Origin: Clostridia bacterium
GTDB taxonomy: Bacteria > Bacillota > Clostridia > DUPQ01
Assembly: GCA_016938455.1 (NCBI GenBank)
Contig: JAFGUQ010000062.1
Location: 2,477-66,476 of the forward strand
Reading direction: 5' to 3'
Length of the DNA stretch: 64,000 bases
The translations under genes were made by a program, and so were the position numbers. Under the pieces are notes generated by a model that saw only the letters and a list, made by a program, of their open reading frames with translations, ran no database searches and was not told the origin of the DNA. Position 1 is the stretch's first letter, and each line of letters begins with the position of its first letter. Below are positions 1 through 9,081 of this stretch, piece by piece.

Positions 1-311
1 TTATCGTTGAAAATACTTTCGTCAGGTTCTTGTGTTTTCTCTTTCATAAAATAATACCAGGATCCAAAGGTAGCTGCTTTTTCCCAGCCAGAATCTTCAT
101 ATAACTGGAGATACTCACTTTCTGAAATCCTATTGTTGAATCCTTTGAAATCAAGCTGATAGCTGACCTTTCTAGGCTCTCCTTGTTTAAACCAGTAAAC
201 ACCAAAGCCTGCTCTTGTTAAAAACAGTCCTTCAGCAGCTCTCTGTTCTAAAAATTCTATTTCCTTGTCTTCCTGCCATGCAAAGTAAAGCTTATTTATT
301 TTAATCTCCAT
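1..311 (-). CDS. DUF2812-family protein (PadR-associated), 3' end runs off the window
   Basis: Minus-strand ORF with its start overlapping the PadR stop, and GGAGG 6 nt upstream. Translation MEIKINKLYFAWQEDKEIEFLEQRAAEGLFLTRAGFGVYWFKQGEPRKVSYQLDF... has the W/KGW/YxLDF pattern of DUF2812 proteins, which are normally encoded downstream of PadR regulators. Absent from the ORF track because it runs off the window edge. Confidence 0.5.
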   Translation of the reverse strand, partial: MEIKINKLYFAWQEDKEIEFLEQRAAEGLFLTRAGFGVYWFKQGEPRKVSYQLDFKGFNNRISESEYLQLYEDSGWEKAATFGSWYYFMKEKTQEPDESIFND

Positions 312-633
312 GATATTCCTCCACGCTGTTTTTACCATTCTGAATCATTTCTTCCAGTCTTTCTATTTCATATTTCAACAGCTCCATTCCACTGTATGTA
401 ATATAATATGTTTTTCTTTTTCGGCTGGTTTCCTGCTCATTCACAATTTTTATCAGCCGATAATTGAGCAGGGTGGATAGGGCTCCATAAAGAGTTCCTG
501 CTGCCAGCTTAATTCTATGATTGCTCATTTCTTCAACTGTCTTGATAATGCCATACCCGTGTAATGGTTTCACTAATGACAGCAGAATATAATAGGATGC
601 CTCTGTCAATGGTGAATGATTTTTTATATTCAT
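301..633 (-). CDS. PadR-family transcriptional regulator
   Basis: 110 aa winged-HTH protein with a PadR-like sequence (YYILLSL...HGYGI...GTLYGALSTLL). Confidence 0.75.
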   Translation of the reverse strand: MNIKNHSPLTEASYYILLSLVKPLHGYGIIKTVEEMSNHRIKLAAGTLYGALSTLLNYRLIKIVNEQETSRKRKTYYITYSGMELLKYEIERLEEMIQNGKNSVEEYHGD

Positions 634-718
634 TATATAACGCCTCTCTATATATCGTACCTCTATATATTAATAAATTTTTAATTTATTGTCAATAAAA
701 AGAATAGCCCTGTTCGAG

Positions 719-1690
719 CTATTCTTTTTCTTTATTCAATTGTTCCATTTTCCTTCTGAATTCTGCGATGGGCCGGTCCCCGGGAATCAGTTTCTCCCCC
801 ATTTTAGCATAAGTGTATTTAGGAATCTGTGTCATGACAACTCGGTGATCCTGATTCAGAATCACTTTACTGAACTGTGCACCTGCCCACAGTATAAAGT
901 GTCTTATTCCCCAGACTTTCATGAATGACTGATAATATCTGAGGTAAATCATTGTATGTTCATCATCTATCGGCGCAAAAGCTGCAAAAACTCTTAATTT
1001 TTCTGTAATGATATTCTGCCAGATATTTGGCATGATAATCTGAAGCGAAAAATAATCCTCTCCGGGCATTTCCGATGCACTTTTTGCTTTATTCTTACCA
1101 GTGTCTTCGACGTTCATGACATACCAAGTCAGTTTTCTGTTTTCCCATTTTACCTTTGGGCCATAAACAATGGTCTTATTTCCTTTCCCGATGGTATTAT
1201 GGTGAACAAAAGGAACATGAACCACATCCATCTGATTTTCAATGCATCTGGTAAAGTGAGTGTCCCATACTCTCTGAAACTGGCTGTAATAGAAATCCTG
1301 TTTTAAATCTTCAAAAAATTCAAGAGGTGTTACTTTTTCTTTCTGATCGCTCCACCAGATGAAAATCAGACCTTGCTCCTCCTGTACAAGATAACTGGTC
1401 ACTCTGTAAGTATCTGCCGGTTCCTGTGACTTTCCATTTGCAGGAATCACTTTCACTTTTCCTGATCCGTCATAAATGAATCCATGGAAAGGGCATTGCA
1501 CATGGTTGTCTACCAGTTTACCCGAGCTAAGGGAAGCTCCTCTATGACAGCATTTATCTTCGATACAGTTTACTTGTCCTGACTGATCTCTCCAGAATGC
1601 AAGCTTAACTCCCATTCTTATTACTCCGACTAGCTTATTCTTGGGAACTTCATTTGAAGATAAAATCGCATACCATAAATCTTTAACCAT
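719..1690 (-). CDS. Rieske [2Fe-2S] non-heme-iron oxygenase-like protein (alpha-subunit type)
   Basis: Rieske motif CCHRG-x16-CPFHGF (CxH...CxxH), plus a downstream mononuclear-iron motif D-x2-H-x4-H (DVVHVPFVHH). Confidence 0.65.
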   Translation of the reverse strand: MVKDLWYAILSSNEVPKNKLVGVIRMGVKLAFWRDQSGQVNCIEDKCCHRGASLSSGKLVDNHVQCPFHGFIYDGSGKVKVIPANGKSQEPADTYRVTSYLVQEEQGLIFIWWSDQKEKVTPLEFFEDLKQDFYYSQFQRVWDTHFTRCIENQMDVVHVPFVHHNTIGKGNKTIVYGPKVKWENRKLTWYVMNVEDTGKNKAKSASEMPGEDYFSLQIIMPNIWQNIITEKLRVFAAFAPIDDEHTMIYLRYYQSFMKVWGIRHFILWAGAQFSKVILNQDHRVVMTQIPKYTYAKMGEKLIPGDRPIAEFRRKMEQLNKEKE

Positions 1691-1756
1691 ATGTTAACCT
1701 CCTTGAAATTATTGTTCTTCAATTATATCATATTGAAATTATCACTAACCTGAGGA

Positions 1757-2656
1757 TTACCTTTTAAACCAAACCGGGACACAGTCTGTCAATTGATCAA
1801 AGTCTGCTATGACCATTTCAGTAAGTTCAATCATGGTTTTGACTTCCCTTGTCCCAAATGGTATAGCCCAGGGAATTGCCCCTAATGCATTGCTTATAGA
1901 GTAAAAAGCGAAAAGTCTGAAAAACTCTTCTGGAATCTTCCTGTTGAAATATCCTTCAATTTGACCGGTTGCAAAGGGAATGCTAGTTTTTCTTGAAAAG
2001 GTAGCCATCCGGTTAAATTCCTCATAAGAATCTCCAAAATCCATGCGGTTAAAATCAATGATAGCTAAATCACCTTTTTCATCATAAATCATATTTCCGA
2101 TGTGATAATCACCATGTTGAAAGACCTGCGGTCTGTTTCTCAGGATATCCATGTTTTCCAGTAAAAACGAAACAGCTTTTTCCTGATTCTCTATCTCAAC
2201 TCCGCATTGTCTGAATTTTTCAATATTGACAAGTGTTTTTCTGGAATACCGGTCAAACCATGGATTTACCTGTTCATCAAAAGAAATCTTATGAATTTGT
2301 GATAGTATTTCTCCGCTCTTCAACCCTATTTCATATTGAGTCATACTATCTAATCCCGGTAGTATTTCTTCAAGATCTTTTCCCTTCACATATTCCAGAA
2401 CTGTATAAATCACTCCATGATTATTAATCAGAGCAATAGGCTGATTGGTATTGATTTCTTTTTCATACACTTTTTTAATATATTTGAATTCAGTTTTCTT
2501 TTTTTCGTAAGTACTTAAAGCTGAAACTCTTATAAGATAAGTATTGTACTCACCTTCAACCAGATATTTTTCATCACCTGACCAGCCTTTTAAAATGGCT
2601 GTAACATTTTTCACATCTTCATGTAATACTTCCTTGGCTTTTTCCAGTGAAATCAT
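1757..2656 (-). CDS. Phosphotransferase-family protein (APH/choline-kinase fold)
   Basis: Brenner/catalytic motif VFQHGDYHIGNMI and IIDFNRMDFGDSYEEF, typical of the aminoglycoside/small-molecule kinase family. Confidence 0.6.
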   Translation of the reverse strand: MISLEKAKEVLHEDVKNVTAILKGWSGDEKYLVEGEYNTYLIRVSALSTYEKKKTEFKYIKKVYEKEINTNQPIALINNHGVIYTVLEYVKGKDLEEILPGLDSMTQYEIGLKSGEILSQIHKISFDEQVNPWFDRYSRKTLVNIEKFRQCGVEIENQEKAVSFLLENMDILRNRPQVFQHGDYHIGNMIYDEKGDLAIIDFNRMDFGDSYEEFNRMATFSRKTSIPFATGQIEGYFNRKIPEEFFRLFAFYSISNALGAIPWAIPFGTREVKTMIELTEMVIADFDQLTDCVPVWFKR

Positions 2657-2723
2657 TATTACCCTTTTTCTTAATTGATTTTATTACTTTCATTATATAT
2701 GATAAAGGTAAGTGAGGTAAGTT

Positions 2724-3470
2724 ATGAAAACAAAAAAAAGACAGAAAATCAGATATTTCATACTATTGATTTCCTTTTTACTTTTCCCGATTACCATTAA
2801 TTATTTTTCTCCTTATCTATCTGTCGTTGGACCAAGTGAGGGAATAGTTAACGGAAGTCTCTTTACCTTTATTGCTCTGTTGTTTTTTTCGCTTTTCTTC
2901 GGCCGCTTTTTCTGTGGCTGGATATGTCCTGCAGGTGCATTGCAGGAAGCACAATCGGCAGCATTTCCTAAACAGTTTAAAAACAACTGGAAAAACCATA
3001 TTAAATATGTCATCTGGGTATTCTGGTTTGGCTTAATTATTTCTTTTTTAATCAGTGCTGCAGGGATGCTACGAATCAACTTCTTTTTTATGACCGAGAA
3101 ATACATTTCAGTTTCTGAACCAATGAATTATATCATTTATTATGGTGTGATCATCATCATCATGTTTTTTCCTCTTTTTTTCGGGAAAAGAGCCTCCTGC
3201 CATCTGATCTGCTGGATGGCCCCTTTCATGGTCATCGGTCACAAAGTGTCATCTTTACTCTCTTTTCCAAGGCTTCGTCTTATGACTCAGAAATCCTCAT
3301 GCATAGACTGTATGAAATGCGAAAAAGAGTGTCTGATGAGTTTACCTGTCAATTCATATATTGAAACTGGTGAAATTAGCAGCAGTGAATGCATAAAATG
3401 TTTCAAGTGTGTTGACATCTGTCCGACAGGAAGTATTTTCTTAGTTTTAAAAGGTAAAAAAAATATTTGA
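2724..3470 (+). CDS. Polytopic membrane protein with two 4Fe-4S ferredoxin motifs (NapH/MauN-like)
   Basis: N-terminal TM helices, a CGWICP motif, and C-terminal CIDCMKCEKEC plus CIKCFKCVDICP (CxxCxxCxxxC twice). Confidence 0.55.
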   Translation: MKTKKRQKIRYFILLISFLLFPITINYFSPYLSVVGPSEGIVNGSLFTFIALLFFSLFFGRFFCGWICPAGALQEAQSAAFPKQFKNNWKNHIKYVIWVFWFGLIISFLISAAGMLRINFFFMTEKYISVSEPMNYIIYYGVIIIIMFFPLFFGKRASCHLICWMAPFMVIGHKVSSLLSFPRLRLMTQKSSCIDCMKCEKECLMSLPVNSYIETGEISSSECIKCFKCVDICPTGSIFLVLKGKKNI

Positions 3471-3495
3471 CATTAATTGTTCATGATACTATAAT
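3467..3495 (+). promoter_or_regulatory. Sigma-A type promoter (TTGACA-17-TATAAT) for the TRAP operon
   Basis: TTGACA at 3467..3472, 17-bp spacer, TATAAT at 3490..3495. A ~180-nt leader follows, containing GTAGAATGG direct repeats. Confidence 0.4.
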
Positions 3496-3675
3496 TTTTT
3501 AGGTAGGTTATACTGATATACAGTATAAGTAGAATGGAAAGTACGCAAGAAAAACCTTTACGGTAGAATGGTAGAATAGTTAGTAAAAGGAATCAGAAAC
3601 TTTGCCTTGGTTAATTACTGAACTGTTCACAGAAAGTATTGTGGCTTAACAATTAATTTGAGGGGAGTTATTTTT

Positions 3676-4725
3676 ATGCAAAAATCAATTATGACAAAAA
3701 AACTTATCGTGTTGCTTGTAGTCATCACCATGTTGTTCTCAATTACCGCATGCAGCAAAACCGATGGTGAGGCAGAAACTATTGAGTTGAGTCTTGCTCA
3801 CTTTTTCCCGGCAACACATCCGGCTGAAACTGTTTTTGTTCAGGGATGGATAAAAGCAATCGATGAGGCGACTAACGGAGTAGTAAAAATCACCAGTTAT
3901 CCAGGTGGGACATTGTTACAAGCTGCAGACACCTATAACGGAGTTGTAGAAGGTGTTGCTGACATCGGATTATCATGTTTCTCATATACAAGAGGGCGTT
4001 TTCCAGTTCTTGAGGCTTTTGAATTACCTGGCATAACCTACAAAAACTCTAAAGTAGCCAGTAAAGTAGCCTGGGACGGAATACAGCAGTTGAATCCTGC
4101 TGAAGTACAGGATACTAAGTTAATGATGGTCATCGCAACAGGCCCTGGAGATCTTTTCACTAAAGACCCTATCAGAAGTCTGGCGGATTTGAAGGGTTAT
4201 GAAATCAGAGCCACAGGATTAAGCGCGACAACTATTGAAGCATTAGGTGGAATTCCTATTGGAATGCCTCAATCAGATGCTTATGAGGCTTTATCAAAAG
4301 GAATCGTTAAAGGAAATCTTTCTCCGGTTGAAGTTTTAAAAGGCTGGAAACATGCTGAAGTAACTGATTACCTTACTTTGACACCATTTCTTTACAACAC
4401 ATTGTTCTTTGTCACTATGAATTCTGACAAATGGGCCTCTATCCCTGCTGATTTACAGAAAATCATTTTAGAAACCACTGATAAATTCTATAATGAAACA
4501 GGTATTGGTTTATGGGATATGCAGAATGAAGAAGGTATGGATTATGCTGTTAATGAGCAGGGAATGGAAGTCATTGAACTCTCAGATGCAGAAAAAGCAC
4601 TTTGGATTGAAAAAGTGGCTCCAATACAGGATACTTACACACAGTCAGTTAAAGATTTAACATCAGGTACTGATGTACTCAAACTGGTAAAAGAACTTGC
4701 AGATAAATATAATGGTATTTACTAA
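3676..4725 (+). CDS. TRAP transporter solute-binding protein (DctP family), lipoprotein
   Basis: Start chosen at the ATG 8 nt after GAGGGGAG. Lipobox LFSITAC. DctP-family pattern; first gene of a P-Q-M operon. Confidence 0.75.
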   Translation: MQKSIMTKKLIVLLVVITMLFSITACSKTDGEAETIELSLAHFFPATHPAETVFVQGWIKAIDEATNGVVKITSYPGGTLLQAADTYNGVVEGVADIGLSCFSYTRGRFPVLEAFELPGITYKNSKVASKVAWDGIQQLNPAEVQDTKLMMVIATGPGDLFTKDPIRSLADLKGYEIRATGLSATTIEALGGIPIGMPQSDAYEALSKGIVKGNLSPVEVLKGWKHAEVTDYLTLTPFLYNTLFFVTMNSDKWASIPADLQKIILETTDKFYNETGIGLWDMQNEEGMDYAVNEQGMEVIELSDAEKALWIEKVAPIQDTYTQSVKDLTSGTDVLKLVKELADKYNGIY

Positions 4726-4745
4726 AAAATAACGAAGGAAAAATT

Positions 4746-5237
4746 ATGTACTTGAAAATCAAAAAAGGGATACACGATATAGCCAGCATGCTTGATAAGC
4801 TTGCTGGCTTAAGTATTGTTCTGGCCATGTTATTAGTGGTTCTGAATGTCATTGTAAGGAAAGTTTTCAGTTCGCCTCTACTTGGCGCTTATGAATTTAC
4901 TGGTTTTCTGACTGCACTGATTGTGGCATTTGGTTTGTCAGCATGTCTGGTATCAAATTCTCACATTGCTGTCGATTTTTTAGTCGACAAATTAAAAAAA
5001 CCGCTTCAGAAGATTATTGATTTTATTGTGAATTCAATTTTATTCATCTTCTTGAGTTTCTTCACCTATAAGATGTTCGGGTATGCCACCAGCTTATTAA
5101 GAAGCCATGAGCTTTCACCCACTACCAAGACACCTTTTTATCTCTTTATCTATGTCATTGCTTTCTGCTTTATCATTTTAAGCATGGTATCACTTTTTAA
5201 AGCCATTGACAGTATCAAGGAGGTGAAAAGCAAATGA
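4746..5237 (+). CDS. TRAP transporter small permease (DctQ family)
   Basis: 163 aa, four TM segments, encoded between the DctP-like and DctM-like genes, overlapping the DctM start. Confidence 0.7.
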   Translation: MYLKIKKGIHDIASMLDKLAGLSIVLAMLLVVLNVIVRKVFSSPLLGAYEFTGFLTALIVAFGLSACLVSNSHIAVDFLVDKLKKPLQKIIDFIVNSILFIFLSFFTYKMFGYATSLLRSHELSPTTKTPFYLFIYVIAFCFIILSMVSLFKAIDSIKEVKSK

Positions 5238-6541
5238 GTCCAGAACTGATCGGTTTACTTGGAATTATTCTTTTTTTAATACTGATTGCTTTTAAAATGC
5301 CTATTTCTTTCTCCATGCTGATTGTAGGTATGCTTGGTTTTTCAATACTGGTATCACCAAAAGCTGCTTTAAGCATGGCGACTACAGAAGTTTACGGGAC
5401 ATTTTCTTCTTACTCATTAAGTGTCATCCCGATGTTCATATGGATGGGATTCATCGCCTATTATTCAGGAGTTGGCTCCAGTTTATATACGTTCATGTAT
5501 AAGCTTGTAGGGCATAAACCTGGAGGATTAGCAATTGCTACACAAGGGGCATGTGCCATGTTTGGAGCTATCTGCGGTTCAAACACTGCCACTGCGGCAA
5601 CCATGGGGGCTATTGCACTTCCTGAAATGAGAAGATACAAGTACGACGATTCATTATCAACCGCTTCCATTGCAGCCGGAGGTGCTTTAGGTGTGCTTAT
5701 TCCGCCAAGTGTCATTTTCATCATTTATGGAATTGCTTCTCAGCAATCAATCGGCAGACTGTTTTTAGCAGGTATCATTCCCGGTCTGTTGCTGATGGTA
5801 TTATATATGCTCACTATTTATTTCCTGGTTAAAAAAAATCCTTCATTAGGTCCTGCAGGTGACAAATCAACTTGGAAAGAGCGCTTTGGATCTTTGAAAA
5901 ACGGACTGTTAGAAGTTATTCTCACTTTTGTCATTTCTGTTGGGGGTCTGTTTTTAGGATATTTCACTCCAACTGAAGCCGGAGCTGTTGGTGCTTTTTG
6001 TATTCTTGTCGTCACATTAATAAGAAAGAGAATTGACTTCAAAGGAATCATAAACTCACTTAAAGATACTACTAGGACAACCGCTATGATTATGCTGATG
6101 GTTGCCAGCGCTACTGTATTCGGCCGCTTCATTGCAGTGTCAAGATTACCATTTGCTTTAGCTACCTGGGCTTCAAACCTGTCATTGCCTCCTTTTGGAA
6201 TTATCATCATCATTCTCTTAATCTATTTAGTATTAGGATGTTTTATCGATGCACTGGCACTTATATTGCTTACCATTCCGATTTTCTATCCGGTGGCAGT
6301 GGATGTCCTTGGTTATAATCCCATCTGGTTTGGTGTGATTATTGTTCTGGTGGTCGCTATGGGAGTCATTACCCCTCCAGTTGGCATGAATGTGTTTATT
6401 ATTAAAGGAGTGGCAAAGGATATTCCCATTGAAACAATTTTTAAAGGGGTATGGCCGTTTCTGATTGCATTGTTTGTATGTCTCGGCCTGCTGCTTCTAT
6501 TCCCGGGAATGGTTACTTTCCTGCCGAACTTAATGAAATAG
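5234..6541 (+). CDS. TRAP transporter large permease (DctM family)
   Basis: 435 aa polytopic membrane protein with DctM-like composition; translationally coupled to the small permease. Confidence 0.8.
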   Translation: MSPELIGLLGIILFLILIAFKMPISFSMLIVGMLGFSILVSPKAALSMATTEVYGTFSSYSLSVIPMFIWMGFIAYYSGVGSSLYTFMYKLVGHKPGGLAIATQGACAMFGAICGSNTATAATMGAIALPEMRRYKYDDSLSTASIAAGGALGVLIPPSVIFIIYGIASQQSIGRLFLAGIIPGLLLMVLYMLTIYFLVKKNPSLGPAGDKSTWKERFGSLKNGLLEVILTFVISVGGLFLGYFTPTEAGAVGAFCILVVTLIRKRIDFKGIINSLKDTTRTTAMIMLMVASATVFGRFIAVSRLPFALATWASNLSLPPFGIIIIILLIYLVLGCFIDALALILLTIPIFYPVAVDVLGYNPIWFGVIIVLVVAMGVITPPVGMNVFIIKGVAKDIPIETIFKGVWPFLIALFVCLGLLLLFPGMVTFLPNLMK

Positions 6542-6543
6542 AA

Positions 6544-6573
6544 GAAGAGAGCTTTTCAGCTCTCTTCTTTTTC
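6544..6573. terminator. Bidirectional rho-independent terminator
   Basis: Hairpin GAAGAGAGCT-TTTC-AGCTCTCTTC followed by TTTTTC. Lies between the convergent TRAP operon and the gene at 6556..6936. Confidence 0.5.
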
Positions 6574-6936
6574 ATTTTTCTTTTTTTCAAAATATTCATC
6601 GAATTTGTTTTTCCCTTCACTGTCCCACCATTCGTTATACAGATTATCCTGTTCTGTTTTTACTTTACTCTCTATCTTATCCTTTTTACCCTTTGACTTA
6701 CTGTTACTTTCACCATGCCCGCCAAAGCCAAACAATATTTTAGCCAGTAAAATCAATCCGAAGGCCTGCCAGTATCCGATGGTTCCAAGCCCAAAGATAT
6801 CCGGCATCAGCCAGTTCCATAAATACATGACTCCAATTCCCAGAATAAATGCAAAAACACAGGCAAGCAATATTCCAGCCATAATCCATCCTGCTATTTT
6901 AATTACACTTTTCCCTTTAAAAAAATTTCCTGTCAT
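6556..6936 (-). CDS. Small membrane protein co-transcribed with the ECF sigma factor (possible sigma regulator)
   Basis: 126 aa, about three N-terminal TM helices, Lys/Glu-rich C-terminal tail. Its start overlaps the sigma factor stop (ATGA). Confidence 0.4.
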   Translation of the reverse strand: MTGNFFKGKSVIKIAGWIMAGILLACVFAFILGIGVMYLWNWLMPDIFGLGTIGYWQAFGLILLAKILFGFGGHGESNSKSKGKKDKIESKVKTEQDNLYNEWWDSEGKNKFDEYFEKKKNEKEES

Positions 6937-6937
6937 T

Positions 6938-7447
6938 TTATTTGTTCTCCTTTTCCATCTTTGTTAATATTTTTTCCTTAACTTTGTCATTAGCTCTTTT
7001 TTTTCTTGATAGTAATGTTCCTATTGGTTCGTTAAGCTCTTCTGATAGATCCTTGAAACTTTTCCCCAGCATTTCTGTCGCAATCCAAACTGTTTTTGAT
7101 TTCTGATCAAGTTCATTGATTGCCTGCTTGACTTCTTTGGCAATTTCTTTACTGATGACTTCATCTTCAACATTGATTGCTGAAGGAAGTATAAATTCAT
7201 GAAGCGGCGCTGTCTCTTTTCTGGTCCTGAAGTAACTGACGGCTGTATTTCTGATGGACTGATAGACATAAGCTGATAAATATTCAACTTCATCAAACTT
7301 TCTGCTGCTTTTAAGCATTCTATAGGCAGTTTCCTGAATGATGTCTTCTGCATCCTGTTCTGATAACATCTTATATTGATATGTCAGATAAGATTTCAGT
7401 TTAGACCATTCATTGGCAATGAGGTCAGTCACCAGATTCTTAGACAT
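6938..7447 (-). CDS. RNA polymerase sigma-70 family (ECF-type) sigma factor
   Basis: 169 aa. Region-2-like DIIQETAYRMLK and a region-4 HTH near the C-terminus. Confidence 0.65.
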   Translation of the reverse strand: MSKNLVTDLIANEWSKLKSYLTYQYKMLSEQDAEDIIQETAYRMLKSSRKFDEVEYLSAYVYQSIRNTAVSYFRTRKETAPLHEFILPSAINVEDEVISKEIAKEVKQAINELDQKSKTVWIATEMLGKSFKDLSEELNEPIGTLLSRKKRANDKVKEKILTKMEKENK

Positions 7448-7596
7448 TCCACTCTCCTTTTACTTCCGTCAACAATATAAACGTGAATTCAGCTGTTTTA
7501 TTGCATTTTTCATATTTATTCTTATTGTATCATTTTATTAAGCATCAATTTTTATGATAGAATGAATTATCTTTAAATTTTGAGGTGACATAACGC

Positions 7597-9081
7597 ATGA
7601 AAAAGCAAATCGTATTGATCATGACGGATACACAACGATGGGATATGGTAAATTGTTACAGAAATACAGGATTGCAGACACCAAATATTGATGAGATGGC
7701 AGCAAGTGGAATGATGTTTACCAATGCCTATACCTGCCAGCCGGTATGCGGTCCTGCCCGTTCTGCCATTTTCACCGGGACATTCCCCCATTCTAATGGT
7801 GTCTGCGCCAATTCCATGCCATTAGGAGATAATGTGAAAACGATTGGACAACGTTTAAGAGATCAGGGGATTAAGACGGCATTTATTGGAAAATGGCATT
7901 TAGACGGCAGCGATTATTTCGGATTGGGAAGATGTCCTGACGGTTGGGACAAGGATTACTGGTATGATATGAAAAACTATCTTGAAGAAATGTCTGCAGA
8001 AGATCGCTTAAAATCACGAGATATGTTTCTGATGGATAAAGAAAATGTACAGGAAGTTTTCACCTTTGGATACAAAGTAGCAGAAAAAGCAATCGCCTTC
8101 ATTAAAGCTCATCATGATGAGGATTTTCTTCTTTGTGTCTCCTTTGACGAGCCTCATCATCCATTTCTTTGTCCAAAAGAATATTATGATTTATTTGAAA
8201 ATTATGAATTCCCGAAAGATGATGCCATTTGTGATGACTTATCCCAAAAAAGCCCTCATTATGCTTTATGGGCCAACAAGAATATCAACTTATCTAAAAA
8301 AGATGTATCAATGAATTTTCAAGCCTTTTTCGGATGTAACAGTTTTGTTGATCATTTAATCGGAAAGGTTTATAGGGCAGTAAATCAGTTTGTTCCGGAG
8401 GCGCTTGGAATTTATACCTCTGATCATGGTGATGCTTTATATAGCCATAAAATTACCAGTAAAGGTCCATCCTCATACGATTGCATCTCAAAAATCCCGT
8501 TAATGATATGGCAAAAAAACAAAATTGAAAAAAACAGCAGGTACGTTTTTCCCGCATCACATATCGATATTGTGCCAACTATCCTTGATTTCATGAACAT
8601 CAGTCTGTCAAAAGTGTTAGAAGGAAAGAGTATGCTTCCTGCTTTATATCATCATGAGAAAATCAATGATGAAATCTTTCTGGAATATAGCCGGTATGAA
8701 ATTGACCATGACGGCTTTGGAGGATATCAGCCAATGCGAGCGGTATTTGATGGTCGCTACAAGTTGACTGTGTTTTTACTTGGTTCTGATGAATTGTATG
8801 ACCTTAAAAACGACCCTGATGAACTGGACAATCTGATTTACAATGAACAACTGTCTGAAACAAGAAACAAGCTTCATGACAGACTTCTTGACTGGATGAA
8901 TAACACCAGAGATCCTTTTAGGGGATATTACTGGGAAAGAAGAGACTGGAGAAAAGACGCTGCCCCTGCCTCATGGGATTATACCCTGATGACCAGGCAA
9001 CGGGAAGATGAATATGAGCCAAGGCAGCTTGACTATCTGACCGGACTTGAAATAGAGGAAGCTACCAGATTGAAAGAATAA
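7597..9081 (+). CDS. Cys-type sulfatase (formylglycine-dependent), no signal peptide
   Basis: Sulfatase signature CQPVCGPARSAIFTG (C-x-P-x-R) near the N-terminus, 494 aa, no predicted secretion signal. Confidence 0.8.
   Translation: MKKQIVLIMTDTQRWDMVNCYRNTGLQTPNIDEMAASGMMFTNAYTCQPVCGPARSAIFTGTFPHSNGVCANSMPLGDNVKTIGQRLRDQGIKTAFIGKWHLDGSDYFGLGRCPDGWDKDYWYDMKNYLEEMSAEDRLKSRDMFLMDKENVQEVFTFGYKVAEKAIAFIKAHHDEDFLLCVSFDEPHHPFLCPKEYYDLFENYEFPKDDAICDDLSQKSPHYALWANKNINLSKKDVSMNFQAFFGCNSFVDHLIGKVYRAVNQFVPEALGIYTSDHGDALYSHKITSKGPSSYDCISKIPLMIWQKNKIEKNSRYVFPASHIDIVPTILDFMNISLSKVLEGKSMLPALYHHEKINDEIFLEYSRYEIDHDGFGGYQPMRAVFDGRYKLTVFLLGSDELYDLKNDPDELDNLIYNEQLSETRNKLHDRLLDWMNNTRDPFRGYYWERRDWRKDAAPASWDYTLMTRQREDEYEPRQLDYLTGLEIEEATRLKE

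Noticed and set aside
689-928. 79-aa plus-strand ORF overlapping the Rieske gene, and the 69-aa ORF 41684..41893 overlapping the TetR start
   Set aside because: Embedded in, or antisense to, better-supported genes; low-complexity translations.
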